From Candidatus Cloacimonadales bacterium (GTDB taxonomy: Bacteria; Cloacimonadota; Cloacimonadia; Cloacimonadales; JAIOQZ01): a stretch of 64,000 bases of DNA. The first letter of the stretch is position 1. Each line of letters starts with the position of its first letter. Of the stretch, positions 18,740 to 27,666 are shown one piece after another. The translations under genes and the position numbers were made by a program. The notes below the pieces were generated by a model. The model did no database searches. It saw only the letters and a list, made by a program, of their open reading frames with translations, and was not told where the DNA came from. The stretch covers positions 1,445,735 to 1,509,734 of the forward strand of contig OY762463.1 in the NCBI GenBank assembly GCA_963665815.1. The letters are read 5' to 3'.

Positions 18740-20575
18740 CTAATCCTTACTTTTCAAGCCGGCTTCAATCTTGTCATACTCACTATTTATCTTATTAATC
18801 TTTTCATTAAGACCCTTTACTGCAAAACTGTATTCATTAAGGATTTCTATTAACAGGCTATTTGCATTTGCAGAAACATTCTGAATAGCCGAAAGCTTGT
18901 TTTCTATTTCTGTTGTTAAATCATTCAGGTTGCTGCCATCAACGGGGACATCATTTAGTAAAGAATTCATTGAACTGAATCTCTCTTTGATTTTCTCGAA
19001 AGACGGAAGATAGATATTGCTTTCAAGATAAGAGCTTATATTATCAATTATCTGTGATACTTCATTAATAGAAGCATTCTGTTTAGATAATTTGTCTGAT
19101 ATTATTCTGGCTTTTGCTTTCATATCCATGTTAAGGGTATCCAGAGCCTTCAATTTTTCCACCAGCATTTGCTCTGATGAGAATATTATCTGGTTGATAT
19201 TTTCTGTTTTCTTTGTCAGAGCTTTATTGTTATTCTCGGATTGGATGTAGATTTCATTCATCCTTCCGGACAACTTTTTCAAATCTTCTGAAAGCTTTCT
19301 TATCTGTGTTGAATTATTCTGTGGTTCCCCGGTAACAGAAATATTTATCGCAATCATTAATAACTCTTCAGCAAAATCAGAAATTCTGCTGTGCAGTTTA
19401 ATGTTATTGTTTAAGTCTGATTCTATAGCCTTGATAGTGGAACCGGTTTCCCTGATCTTTGCTGCTTCATCTCCAATGTCAGACAATATTGGTTTAATAT
19501 CAATTAGATTAGTATCCTTCTCAAGTACTTCATTATTTCTTTTATTAGTATCCTTAAGATCAGCCAGAATAGTACAGATAAAAGATGTAATCCCCTTATC
19601 TCTATCAACAGCCTTGTTATACTCTTTTTTCATGAAATCATGATATTCAATGAATGAAGCCTTTATCTCTGCAAACTTATCAACTAATTCGTCATTTGAG
19701 AACTCAAGGTTGAACTTTGTACCGGCATTTCTTAAATCAAAAATCAACTGCTTTAATTTTTCATTGATTCTTTGATAATCATTAAGTTTATCATAATTAA
19801 TCTGTAATTCCTGAATTGTTGCCTTGCCTGATTTGAAATGTTCAATAAGGTCATCTGCAGAAGAGCAGACATTGTTTTGCAATGACGACAGTATCTCATT
19901 AATATGTTCTGCAATAGTACCGAATTCAAAGTCATTTGCAATACTTATCGGATTCTCTGTTATCGCTTCCGAATCTTTCAGACGTTCCAGATTCTCTATA
20001 AGTTCATAAACTGGTGTAATAATACTATCAGAGTTGTGCTTCATTGTCAAATTACTGATTATTGATATTACAAGTGTAATACCAGCAAGCAACAGTAAAC
20101 TGATGAAAAATCCGTTAACACCTTCCGATTTAACATCAGCAGTTTCACCGGAAAAAACATCTGATACTATATAAGGCATTATTGATTCGTATTTATTCTT
20201 TATAACATCAATTTTTTGCGAGAATAGACTATCCTGCCTCAAAACCTGAATATCTGTGTTAATATTCTGTAGTATCTGATCAATTTTGTCGAAATTACCT
20301 GAGTTTTGAATTTCCGGTGTATTCTTCCATAGAAAAGGGAAAGACTTATAATCTCTGATCACATCAGGAATATTAACCGAGTGTGCTGATTGAATTTTCT
20401 CCAATGTTGAGAAATATTCTTCATAAACTTTTACACTTGCAGAGCTATCATTTGTTTCCCTTTGATTGTTCACATTCAGAAGAACCACAAAAGCAGAAAT
20501 CAACAAAAAGCAGCAGCTTATTATGTTTACATATCCGTAAAATCTTAGTTTTCTTTTCAAATCAGTATTTTTCAT
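18740..20575 (-). CDS. Membrane HAMP-containing coiled-coil protein, degenerate methyl-accepting-chemotaxis-like
   Basis: Two TM segments flank a ~130-aa outer domain. HAMP-like ITPVYELIENL...ANDFEFGTIAEHINEIL. Long heptad-rich C-terminus. Only a weak echo of the MCP hairpin tip (AEELLMIAINISVTGEP). Confidence 0.5.
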   Translation of the reverse strand: MKNTDLKRKLRFYGYVNIISCCFLLISAFVVLLNVNNQRETNDSSASVKVYEEYFSTLEKIQSAHSVNIPDVIRDYKSFPFLWKNTPEIQNSGNFDKIDQILQNINTDIQVLRQDSLFSQKIDVIKNKYESIMPYIVSDVFSGETADVKSEGVNGFFISLLLLAGITLVISIISNLTMKHNSDSIITPVYELIENLERLKDSEAITENPISIANDFEFGTIAEHINEILSSLQNNVCSSADDLIEHFKSGKATIQELQINYDKLNDYQRINEKLKQLIFDLRNAGTKFNLEFSNDELVDKFAEIKASFIEYHDFMKKEYNKAVDRDKGITSFICTILADLKDTNKRNNEVLEKDTNLIDIKPILSDIGDEAAKIRETGSTIKAIESDLNNNIKLHSRISDFAEELLMIAINISVTGEPQNNSTQIRKLSEDLKKLSGRMNEIYIQSENNNKALTKKTENINQIIFSSEQMLVEKLKALDTLNMDMKAKARIISDKLSKQNASINEVSQIIDNISSYLESNIYLPSFEKIKERFSSMNSLLNDVPVDGSNLNDLTTEIENKLSAIQNVSANANSLLIEILNEYSFAVKGLNEKINKINSEYDKIEAGLKSKD

Positions 20576-20684
20576 ATTAACCTTCCGGCAAAAATATATA
20601 AGACAAGGAAGATAATTCTGGACAACTTGACAAGTATTTTCTAAATAGTGAATATAGAATAATAAACTTTAAACAGGAGTGAGT

Positions 20685-20978
20685 ATGGCTAAAAAAGATC
20701 CTGTAATCTATGTAACCGGAAATAAAACAATAGATGTTCTATCTTATATCTTATTGATAGCAGGTGTATTGTGCATGATTTTCTTTTTTGTTATTTACCC
20801 TTTTACTGATCTCAACAAATTGAGAAATGTTAATGAAATGGGTGAAGTACCTGAAGAAGATAATTTTGCTATTCTATGCGGGTCTTTGGGACTGATTATC
20901 GGTTTAGTTCTATATTTACTGCTACAGAGCGTTATTCAGATACGAGTAAAAAAACTGATTGAAACCCTGAACCAGTAG
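20685..20978 (+). CDS. Small membrane protein (2 TM), hypothetical
   Basis: AGGAG lies 6 nt before the ATG at 20685 (the ORF-track GTG at 20679 is less likely). Two hydrophobic helices. Confidence 0.55.
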   Translation: MAKKDPVIYVTGNKTIDVLSYILLIAGVLCMIFFFVIYPFTDLNKLRNVNEMGEVPEEDNFAILCGSLGLIIGLVLYLLLQSVIQIRVKKLIETLNQ

Positions 20979-20984
20979 GTAAAT

Positions 20985-21281
20985 ATGAATGTTATATGTA
21001 ATCTCGTTGTTGTGACTTATGATATTGGACCAAGTCTTTCACCATTTGTCGCAGAAGTTATAAAAGTTATTAAAGAAGACAGTAAAGTTAAGCATCAGCT
21101 TAATCCCATGGGATCTACACTTGAAGGAGATTTTGATGATGTGATGAAACTTGTTGGAAGAATATTCCACAAATTCTCGAAGGACTTTGAACGCCTTGGT
21201 ATCACACTGCATATTGATTACAGGAAATCTAAAATTAACCGAATGCAGGGTAAAATTCAAGCAGTAGAAGAAAAACTGTGA
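20985..21281 (+). CDS. MTH1187/YkoF-family (UPF0045) thiamine-binding-like protein
   Basis: ~98 aa with the pattern ...GPSLSPFVAEVIKVIK...LNPMGSTLEGDFDDVMKLV, typical of this family. Confidence 0.65.
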   Translation: MNVICNLVVVTYDIGPSLSPFVAEVIKVIKEDSKVKHQLNPMGSTLEGDFDDVMKLVGRIFHKFSKDFERLGITLHIDYRKSKINRMQGKIQAVEEKL

Positions 21282-21529
21282 TAATCAGTTTGATATAATA
21301 TTTTGTACGGTGTATTGCAATATTTCTTGCGAAACTCTTTTTTGCACTTAAATTATCATTACAAAAGCTTTGTATGATGCAAAATCAAACTATTTTGACA
21401 TCCGGGTATCGAAATGATTTTCTAATCAATTAGAAAATTCTCCAATCCCTGTTTGTCTCTGTTGAAATCTGACATGTTCTGAAGATTTATGACTTTTGCA
21501 AAGATTTGTAACGAATAAATGAGGTATAT

Positions 21530-21898
21530 ATGAAAAAAATACTGGTTATAGATGATGATCCCAGCATGCTGAAAGTTCTCAGTATCCTTCTGGCTGGACA
21601 AGGATATGATGTAATAACAACGGTGGATAGCCAAGAAGGTATGGATAAACTGGAATCAGAAGATTTTGACATGCTGATTGCCGATATAATCATGCCAGAA
21701 AAAACCGGAACTGAAATCATTCAGGAAACCCATATCAGTTTTCCTGAGCTCCCAATAATTGCAATTTCGGGAGGAGGTTTCTGGGAAGCAGAAAATTACC
21801 TGAAAACAGCTAATGCGGCAGGTGCCTGTAAAACATTCAAAAAGCCTTTTGAACCTGATGAACTCGTTGAGACGGTTAACGAGATTCTAAATGATTGA
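21530..21898 (+). CDS. Single-domain response regulator receiver
   Basis: KILVIDDDPSMLKVL...DMLIADIIMPEKTG...FKKPF. Confidence 0.85.
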   Translation: MKKILVIDDDPSMLKVLSILLAGQGYDVITTVDSQEGMDKLESEDFDMLIADIIMPEKTGTEIIQETHISFPELPIIAISGGGFWEAENYLKTANAAGACKTFKKPFEPDELVETVNEILND

Positions 21899-21965
21899 AA
21901 AAGGTTGTCACATTTAATTCAATAATTTATTTACAAAACTTATCGGAAAAATTATTCAGGAGATT

Positions 21966-24716
21966 ATGAAATTTAACATAATCTTCTTTTTTATTTTTAT
22001 AGTCACAGGAATCTATTCTATAGAAAATACCGTTACTGAAAAGTATGATGCCGGAGCTAATGACAGTAGAATTACTGCTCAAGTCATGGCTGATGAACTT
22101 GTAAAAGAAAAAATCATTGAGACACTCAGCAAGAAATATAATATTTCTCCTGAAAAAGCTCCATTGCTGTCAGTTCTCATCTTCAGAAAGGAAATCCGGA
22201 CTGACTGGGGTGGAGATTTTTTTACAACGACTAACAAATACTCTGAAATTGAATCTTTCAAAAGCAAACTGCATGAAGTAAGGACTGATTCAATTCTTGT
22301 TAATCACATTTTCAGATCACAGAGCAGAATTGATTCTGCTAAAAATGAAATTACAAAACTTCAGAAAATTCTTACCGGGAAAATGACTCTCCTTTCTCAA
22401 AAACAGTACTTTGATAATGTACTGAATATTGCATCAGAAAATCTGTTCCAGACAGCTATCTACCACTATTTGAATGCATCTCCTGATTCTGCTCTTGTAA
22501 AACTTTCCGAAGCATCTGAACTGATTTCAGACAATGCTGCAATATATTTTTTTACCGGTATGACTTATATGAAAAAACTTGATTATAAGAATACTATTGC
22601 AAACTTCGAGAAAGCATTATGGCTGAATGATAAATATACTTCTGTATACTTCTATTGTGCTCAGGCATATCTTGCCTTGAACAATATTGAGAAAGCAATT
22701 GAGTATCTGGAAAAGTACTTGACAGTCGAAAAAAGAAACTTCATGGCATGGTACTATGCTGCAACCTATTACCAATCACAAAACAATCAAGAGAAGGCTC
22801 TGGAATACTATCTCGAATCCTATAACCTCAATAAAAGTTATATGCCTGTACTGGAATACCTGGCAGGATATTTTAAGAAAGAAAAAGATTATGAGAAAGT
22901 TATCGAGTTCTACGAAAAAATTGCTGACCTCGAGCCAGACAATGAAGATGCTTTTAAAACTCTCGGTTTAGCATATACTTATGTAGGAGAAATGGGAAAA
23001 TCAATCAAAGCATTTGAAGCTGCAATAAAAATAGACTCTACTGATTCTGAGATCTATTATAATTTGGGACAAAGCTGTAAATTTGTGAAACAAAACAGAA
23101 AGGCAATTGATGCATTCAAGAAAGCCATGAGACTCGAACCGGAAAATATGGAATACATGACTAATCTTGCTCAAATGTATGACCTGGAAAATGAAAATGA
23201 AAACAGCATTGAAATTTACAATAGAATATTGGAGAAAACACCCGGTGATCACGCTGTATTGTTCAGGCTGAAAGATTTGTATAAAACGACCCGGAACGAC
23301 ACTAAATTGATAGAAACACTCAATAGTATTCTGGATTACTTCCCGGAAGAAACACATTTTTATACACAGATTGGTGATGTTTATCAGAAAAACGGAGATT
23401 ATCCGGCTGCGATAGCTTCCTTCAAAAAGAAAGTCAGTCTCGACAATGAAGATGCTGGTGTTTATTACAAGTTAGCTTTATTGTATGAAGTAACTGACAG
23501 CACAGACAAGGTAATTGAGTTTCTCAAGAAAACAGTTGAGTTTGATTATAAAAATTCTGATGCACATGAAAAACTGGGAGAACTGTATTACACTGACAAC
23601 AATTTTCAGGCAGCAATAAACAGCATGGAAAACGCAATTACTACTGGAGATATCAGTTCCAGCAATTACAATAATCTTGGACTGTCCTATGCCTTCATGG
23701 GTAAAAACGATAAAGCAGTGACAGCATATAAAAAGGCCTTAACAAAGAATCCAGCAGCGGCAATCACACACAATAATCTTGGTTTATCCTATGCATATCT
23801 GCGCGATGATGACAAAGCTATCTCTTCATTCAAAAAAGCAGTTGAAAATGACCCGAAATTCTCATCTGCATACTATAATCTTGGACTGTTGTACAATATA
23901 AAAGGATATTACAAAGATGCCCTGAATGCATTCAACAATTCACTTGCAATAGAACCCGGGCAATCTGAAACACTGGCGATGACTGCAAGAATCCAGGTAG
24001 AATTGAACAATTTACCTGAAGCAGTTAAAGTACTGAAATCTGCTATTGAAATTAATCCGGACAAGACTGAACTCTATAATTCTCTCGGAGAAATTTACTT
24101 CAAGCAGGGAAACTACAATCTTGCAATCTCAACTTATGAAAGATCCATAGCAGTAGATTCACTACAGTCTTTTGTATATAGTCAACTTGGTAACGCTTAT
24201 GAGAAGAAAAATAACAAGACTCTTGCTGAGAAAGCTTACAGGAATGCTCTGAAAATAGATAAAAACGATGCAATTGCGAACTATAATATGGGGCTCTCCT
24301 ATTCTGCAAATGGAGATTATGACAAAGCTATATCTTCATACAGAAAATACATCAACCTTTTCCCATATGATGCATCATCATACAATAACATGGGTGAAGC
24401 CTACGCAGAAAAACAGAATTTTGAGGAAGCCCTTAATTATTACCAGAAAGCTGTAGATATCGACTCGAAGTACGTTGATGCTTTTTACAACATGGGAAAA
24501 GTCTACTTTAAGAAAAAATACTATTCACTGGCCATAAACTATTTTCTTAAGACCATTGAACTCAGTCCCGGTCACTCGGAAGCATATTACAACATTGGAG
24601 TTGCATATTCCAAAGTGAATGAACCTGACAGTATGATTAAATACATTAAGAAAGCAGCCAGACTTGGAAACACTGCTTCTCAGAACCTTTTAAGAACCAT
24701 GAAAGTGAAATGGTAA
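21966..24716 (+). CDS. Exported tetratricopeptide-repeat protein (916 aa)
   Basis: Signal peptide. More than 15 tandem 34-aa TPR units (recurrent A..YYNLG..Y...G.Y..A...F.KAL..P). Confidence 0.85.
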   Translation: MKFNIIFFFIFIVTGIYSIENTVTEKYDAGANDSRITAQVMADELVKEKIIETLSKKYNISPEKAPLLSVLIFRKEIRTDWGGDFFTTTNKYSEIESFKSKLHEVRTDSILVNHIFRSQSRIDSAKNEITKLQKILTGKMTLLSQKQYFDNVLNIASENLFQTAIYHYLNASPDSALVKLSEASELISDNAAIYFFTGMTYMKKLDYKNTIANFEKALWLNDKYTSVYFYCAQAYLALNNIEKAIEYLEKYLTVEKRNFMAWYYAATYYQSQNNQEKALEYYLESYNLNKSYMPVLEYLAGYFKKEKDYEKVIEFYEKIADLEPDNEDAFKTLGLAYTYVGEMGKSIKAFEAAIKIDSTDSEIYYNLGQSCKFVKQNRKAIDAFKKAMRLEPENMEYMTNLAQMYDLENENENSIEIYNRILEKTPGDHAVLFRLKDLYKTTRNDTKLIETLNSILDYFPEETHFYTQIGDVYQKNGDYPAAIASFKKKVSLDNEDAGVYYKLALLYEVTDSTDKVIEFLKKTVEFDYKNSDAHEKLGELYYTDNNFQAAINSMENAITTGDISSSNYNNLGLSYAFMGKNDKAVTAYKKALTKNPAAAITHNNLGLSYAYLRDDDKAISSFKKAVENDPKFSSAYYNLGLLYNIKGYYKDALNAFNNSLAIEPGQSETLAMTARIQVELNNLPEAVKVLKSAIEINPDKTELYNSLGEIYFKQGNYNLAISTYERSIAVDSLQSFVYSQLGNAYEKKNNKTLAEKAYRNALKIDKNDAIANYNMGLSYSANGDYDKAISSYRKYINLFPYDASSYNNMGEAYAEKQNFEEALNYYQKAVDIDSKYVDAFYNMGKVYFKKKYYSLAINYFLKTIELSPGHSEAYYNIGVAYSKVNEPDSMIKYIKKAARLGNTASQNLLRTMKVKW

Positions 24717-25033
24717 CTTTAATTGAAACGTTACGCAATATATGTTGTTATATTATGAGAGTTTTCATAAAATCAAAATCAAGCAGTATTGGTTTAAAAA
24801 ATATAGGGGAGATTTTTGAATTCAACAAGAAAACTTCTTATAGAAGCTTGTCTTAAGTCAGAATTTGATGAATTCTAAAATTGAGTCAGTGACTCCAAAT
24901 ATGCAGAGATCTCATTAACTACATCATAATATTATTGGAAGAGCTGCCAAAAAAAACTTGCCCTTTATTATGGTATAAAAAAAGTTACTTATTGATAATA
25001 GATAATAAAAAAAAGATATAAATTGGAGGAATA

Positions 25034-25548
25034 ATGAAAAAAGGAATACTTGCAATAGTACTGATCCTTTTATGTGTATCCGTATTTGCAAATCCATTAA
25101 AAATTGCTTATGTTGATACTCGAAGAGTTGCTGATGAGTATAACAAAGCTGTTGAAGCTAAACAAAAACTAAAAGTTGCAGAAGATATCTGGATGAAGAA
25201 CTTCAGGGTTACCTCAAGGATATGCAGGAAAAATATGATAGTTTTCAGATTAACGAATCTGTGTGGACTGAAGATAAAAAGAAACAGGCTCAGCAAGAAA
25301 TATACGGACTTCAGGAACGTTATGAATCAAGAAAACGTGAAGTTTATGGACAGAATGGACTTTATGACAAAAAATACACTGAAATCATGAAACCTATTAT
25401 TGAAGAAGCTCAGAAAGTTGTTTCTGAAATTGCAAAAAGAGAAAAATATACAATAGTGCTTGATTCTGTAACAGAGATTATTATCTATCTTGACGAAAGT
25501 ATCGATATTACAGATACCGTCATTGCAGAATTAAATAAAAGACCATAG
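25034..25548 (+). pseudogene. skp: OmpH/Skp-family periplasmic chaperone, disrupted by a 1-nt frameshift (or assembly error)
   Basis: ORF 25034..25390 gives signal peptide + LKIAYVDTRRVADEYNKAVEAKQKLKVAEDI, then nonsense. The -1 frame is open from 25162 and continues with (Y)LDEELQGYLKDMQEKYDSFQ...KREKYTIVLD. Joining the two near 25186-25190 gives a ~171-aa Skp-like protein. Confidence 0.7.
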
Positions 25549-25573
25549 ATTTTCATGATTAGCATATTTTTAC

Positions 25574-25603
25574 AGCCTGTTGATTAATTCAGCAGGCTTT
25601 TGT
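25574..25603 (+). terminator. Probable intrinsic terminator after skp
   Basis: AGCCTG (13-nt loop) CAGGCT followed by TTTTG. It ends 4 nt before the next ATG. Confidence 0.5.
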
Positions 25604-25606
25604 TAT

Positions 25607-26320
25607 ATGAAAGAAACAGACCTTTTCCCGCCTGTAAAAACCTACCTTGAAAAGCATGGATATAATGTACATGCTGAAGTTGGTAATTGCGATATCGTTG
25701 CTGCAAAGGATAACGAAACAATTATTCTCGAAATGAAACTGCAATTGTCAGTTAAGCTGTTATGTCAGGCTGTTATCAGACAAAAACTTGAATCGGCAGT
25801 CTATATTGTTATACCTCAGAAAAGAATCAGTAAACGGCAGGATTTCAAGGAGATTAAGTACCTTCTGAGACGACTGGAGATTGGTTTGATTACTGTTGAT
25901 ACATCCAATACAATTTCCCCGGTGAATATTATTTTCCATCCACAACCATATCAAAAGCGCAGTAACAAAAGAAAACAAGTATGGATAAGAGAAGAAGTAG
26001 AGGCCCGAGGAGAAAACCATAATATTGCCGGAAGCAGCAGAATAAAAATAGTGACAGCCTACAGAAAAGAAGTAATCTATATAGCAACAGTATTAAAGAT
26101 ATGCGGTCCTTTAAAGATAAAAATGTTAAAAGAACTTGGTGGATCAAAAAAAACAGGATCTATCCTCAATAGTGATTTCTATAAGTGGTTTCGCAGAGTT
26201 GGTCATGCAACATATGAACTGACACCTGCAGGACATACCGGATTGGAAAGATTCGAAGAAATAAGTTCCGGATATGAGACGATGATTAAAGCTAAGCTGA
26301 ACGAGTTAAATTATGAATAA
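25607..26320 (+). CDS. DUF2161-like protein: N-terminal PD-(D/E)xK nuclease-fold module plus C-terminal winged-helix-like module
   Basis: MKETDLFPPVKTYLEKHGYNVHAEVGNCDIVAAKDNETIILEMK has an E...D...E-x-K arrangement. From memory this matches the DUF2161 N-terminus (M.ETDLYPPVK). I chose the ATG at 25607 over the TTG at 25580, which lies inside the terminator hairpin. Confidence 0.6.
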   Translation: MKETDLFPPVKTYLEKHGYNVHAEVGNCDIVAAKDNETIILEMKLQLSVKLLCQAVIRQKLESAVYIVIPQKRISKRQDFKEIKYLLRRLEIGLITVDTSNTISPVNIIFHPQPYQKRSNKRKQVWIREEVEARGENHNIAGSSRIKIVTAYRKEVIYIATVLKICGPLKIKMLKELGGSKKTGSILNSDFYKWFRRVGHATYELTPAGHTGLERFEEISSGYETMIKAKLNELNYE

Positions 26321-26903
26321 AATGATTTTTGAAATAGAGCAGTTCCTGCTGAATAATAAGCTTCACCCGAGAAAAATGGGTAACACTCTGAAAGTCTTCA
26401 ATCAGAATGAAGGTATAAAATTTGTGTTCTCAGAACATCCTGACTTCAAGTTTCTTACTAATTCTCTTAATCTTATTGATCAGGATACAGATGTCTATAT
26501 TGTCGCATCAAATGCTTTTCCTCAGATAAACGAATTTTCAGAAATCTGCGGTAGACTCCGAGTAGGACTTATATTATACGATTCGGCATCAACAGGACAA
26601 AAAATCAGAATCATATATCATAGTAAGCGGGAATCATCAAAACTATTCTTAAACAAGCTTCAATTCATTACTCCCGGCACTGCTGACATCATTACAGATC
26701 TTCGTAGAGAATCAATAATCATTGCTAAGATATTGCTGAATTATGGAGCAGTAAAACCTGCAAAACTCAGGGCTGAAGGAGCAAAGGGAAATATACTTAA
26801 AATCCTTGCTAAAAACAGCTACGGATGGTTTGTGAGAACTACAGGTGACAAATATGCTCTTTCAGAAAAAGGTAAGAAAGAAATTGATTTCTTTAAGGAA
26901 TAG
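26313..26903 (+). CDS. Paralog of the preceding gene with a degenerate (non-catalytic) N-terminal module
   Basis: It aligns by eye to the upstream protein: LRVGLILYD vs LEIGLITVD; RRESIIIAKILLNYGAVKPAKL...YGWFVRTTGDKYALSEKG vs RKEVIYIATVLKICGPLKIKML...YKWFRRVGHATYELTPAG. The D and E-x-K positions are replaced. 8-nt overlap with the upstream stop. Confidence 0.55.
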   Translation: MNKMIFEIEQFLLNNKLHPRKMGNTLKVFNQNEGIKFVFSEHPDFKFLTNSLNLIDQDTDVYIVASNAFPQINEFSEICGRLRVGLILYDSASTGQKIRIIYHSKRESSKLFLNKLQFITPGTADIITDLRRESIIIAKILLNYGAVKPAKLRAEGAKGNILKILAKNSYGWFVRTTGDKYALSEKGKKEIDFFKE

Positions 26904-26904
26904 T

Positions 26905-27666
26905 CTAACTGAATCTTGCAATCAAAAGATCGAATGCACCAGCCAGCTTTAGTACAGCAACAACAATTGATACCATAATCACGTATTTAATGAACTTATC
27001 ACCTTTCTTGATTGCAGAATGAACACCAATCTGTCCACCAATAATATTTCCTATTCCCAATGGAATTGCGTAAGTCCAGTTGATCTTCCCGGACACGATG
27101 AAAATTGAAAGTGCTATAACTGTATAAATCATGATAATATTAAGTTTTAAGGCGTTTATCTCCAGCAGATCCATATCATCCATTATAAATTGCAGAACAG
27201 CAATAAGCAGTAAACCAACACCAAGTTGAATGAATCCACCATAGAATCCTGCGATAAAAAGCAGCACATAATGCCAGAAACGAGATTTAGTATGATGAGA
27301 CAGTTTCTTCTTATTTGGCATGAAGTTCATGATGATCACAAACACAAGAACAACTATCAGAACTTTATCGAATACTGCAGCTGAAACATACTTTGCCAGC
27401 AGTGTACCACAGATACCTCCAATAATTACAGGGGCAACAATGTACTTCTTTTCCTTTATGGGGACTATCCCATGTCTGTACAAAGAAAAGAGGCTTGTAA
27501 TTTTGTGAGAGAATATTCCAACTCTGTTTGTTGCGTTTGCTATATTTGAAGGAAGCCCGAACATTATCATAAATGTAAGAGAAAAAACAGAGCCTCCCCC
27601 GGACATTGTGTTAATAAATCCGGCAATACCTCCACCTATAACCAAAAGTATAAATTGTAATATCAT
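26905..27666 (-). CDS. TauE/SafE (TSUP) family anion exporter-like membrane protein
   Basis: ~8 TM; GGGSVFSLTFMIMFGLP...ANATNRV motif. Confidence 0.75.
   Translation of the reverse strand: MILQFILLVIGGGIAGFINTMSGGGSVFSLTFMIMFGLPSNIANATNRVGIFSHKITSLFSLYRHGIVPIKEKKYIVAPVIIGGICGTLLAKYVSAAVFDKVLIVVLVFVIIMNFMPNKKKLSHHTKSRFWHYVLLFIAGFYGGFIQLGVGLLLIAVLQFIMDDMDLLEINALKLNIIMIYTVIALSIFIVSGKINWTYAIPLGIGNIIGGQIGVHSAIKKGDKFIKYVIMVSIVVAVLKLAGAFDLLIARFS

Noticed and set aside
25034-25548. Treating 25034..25390 and 25222..25548 as two separate small genes
   Set aside because: The first ORF's C-terminal 60 aa are nonsense-like. The second lacks a signal peptide and an SD. Together they reconstitute one Skp-sized protein, so I called a frameshift instead.
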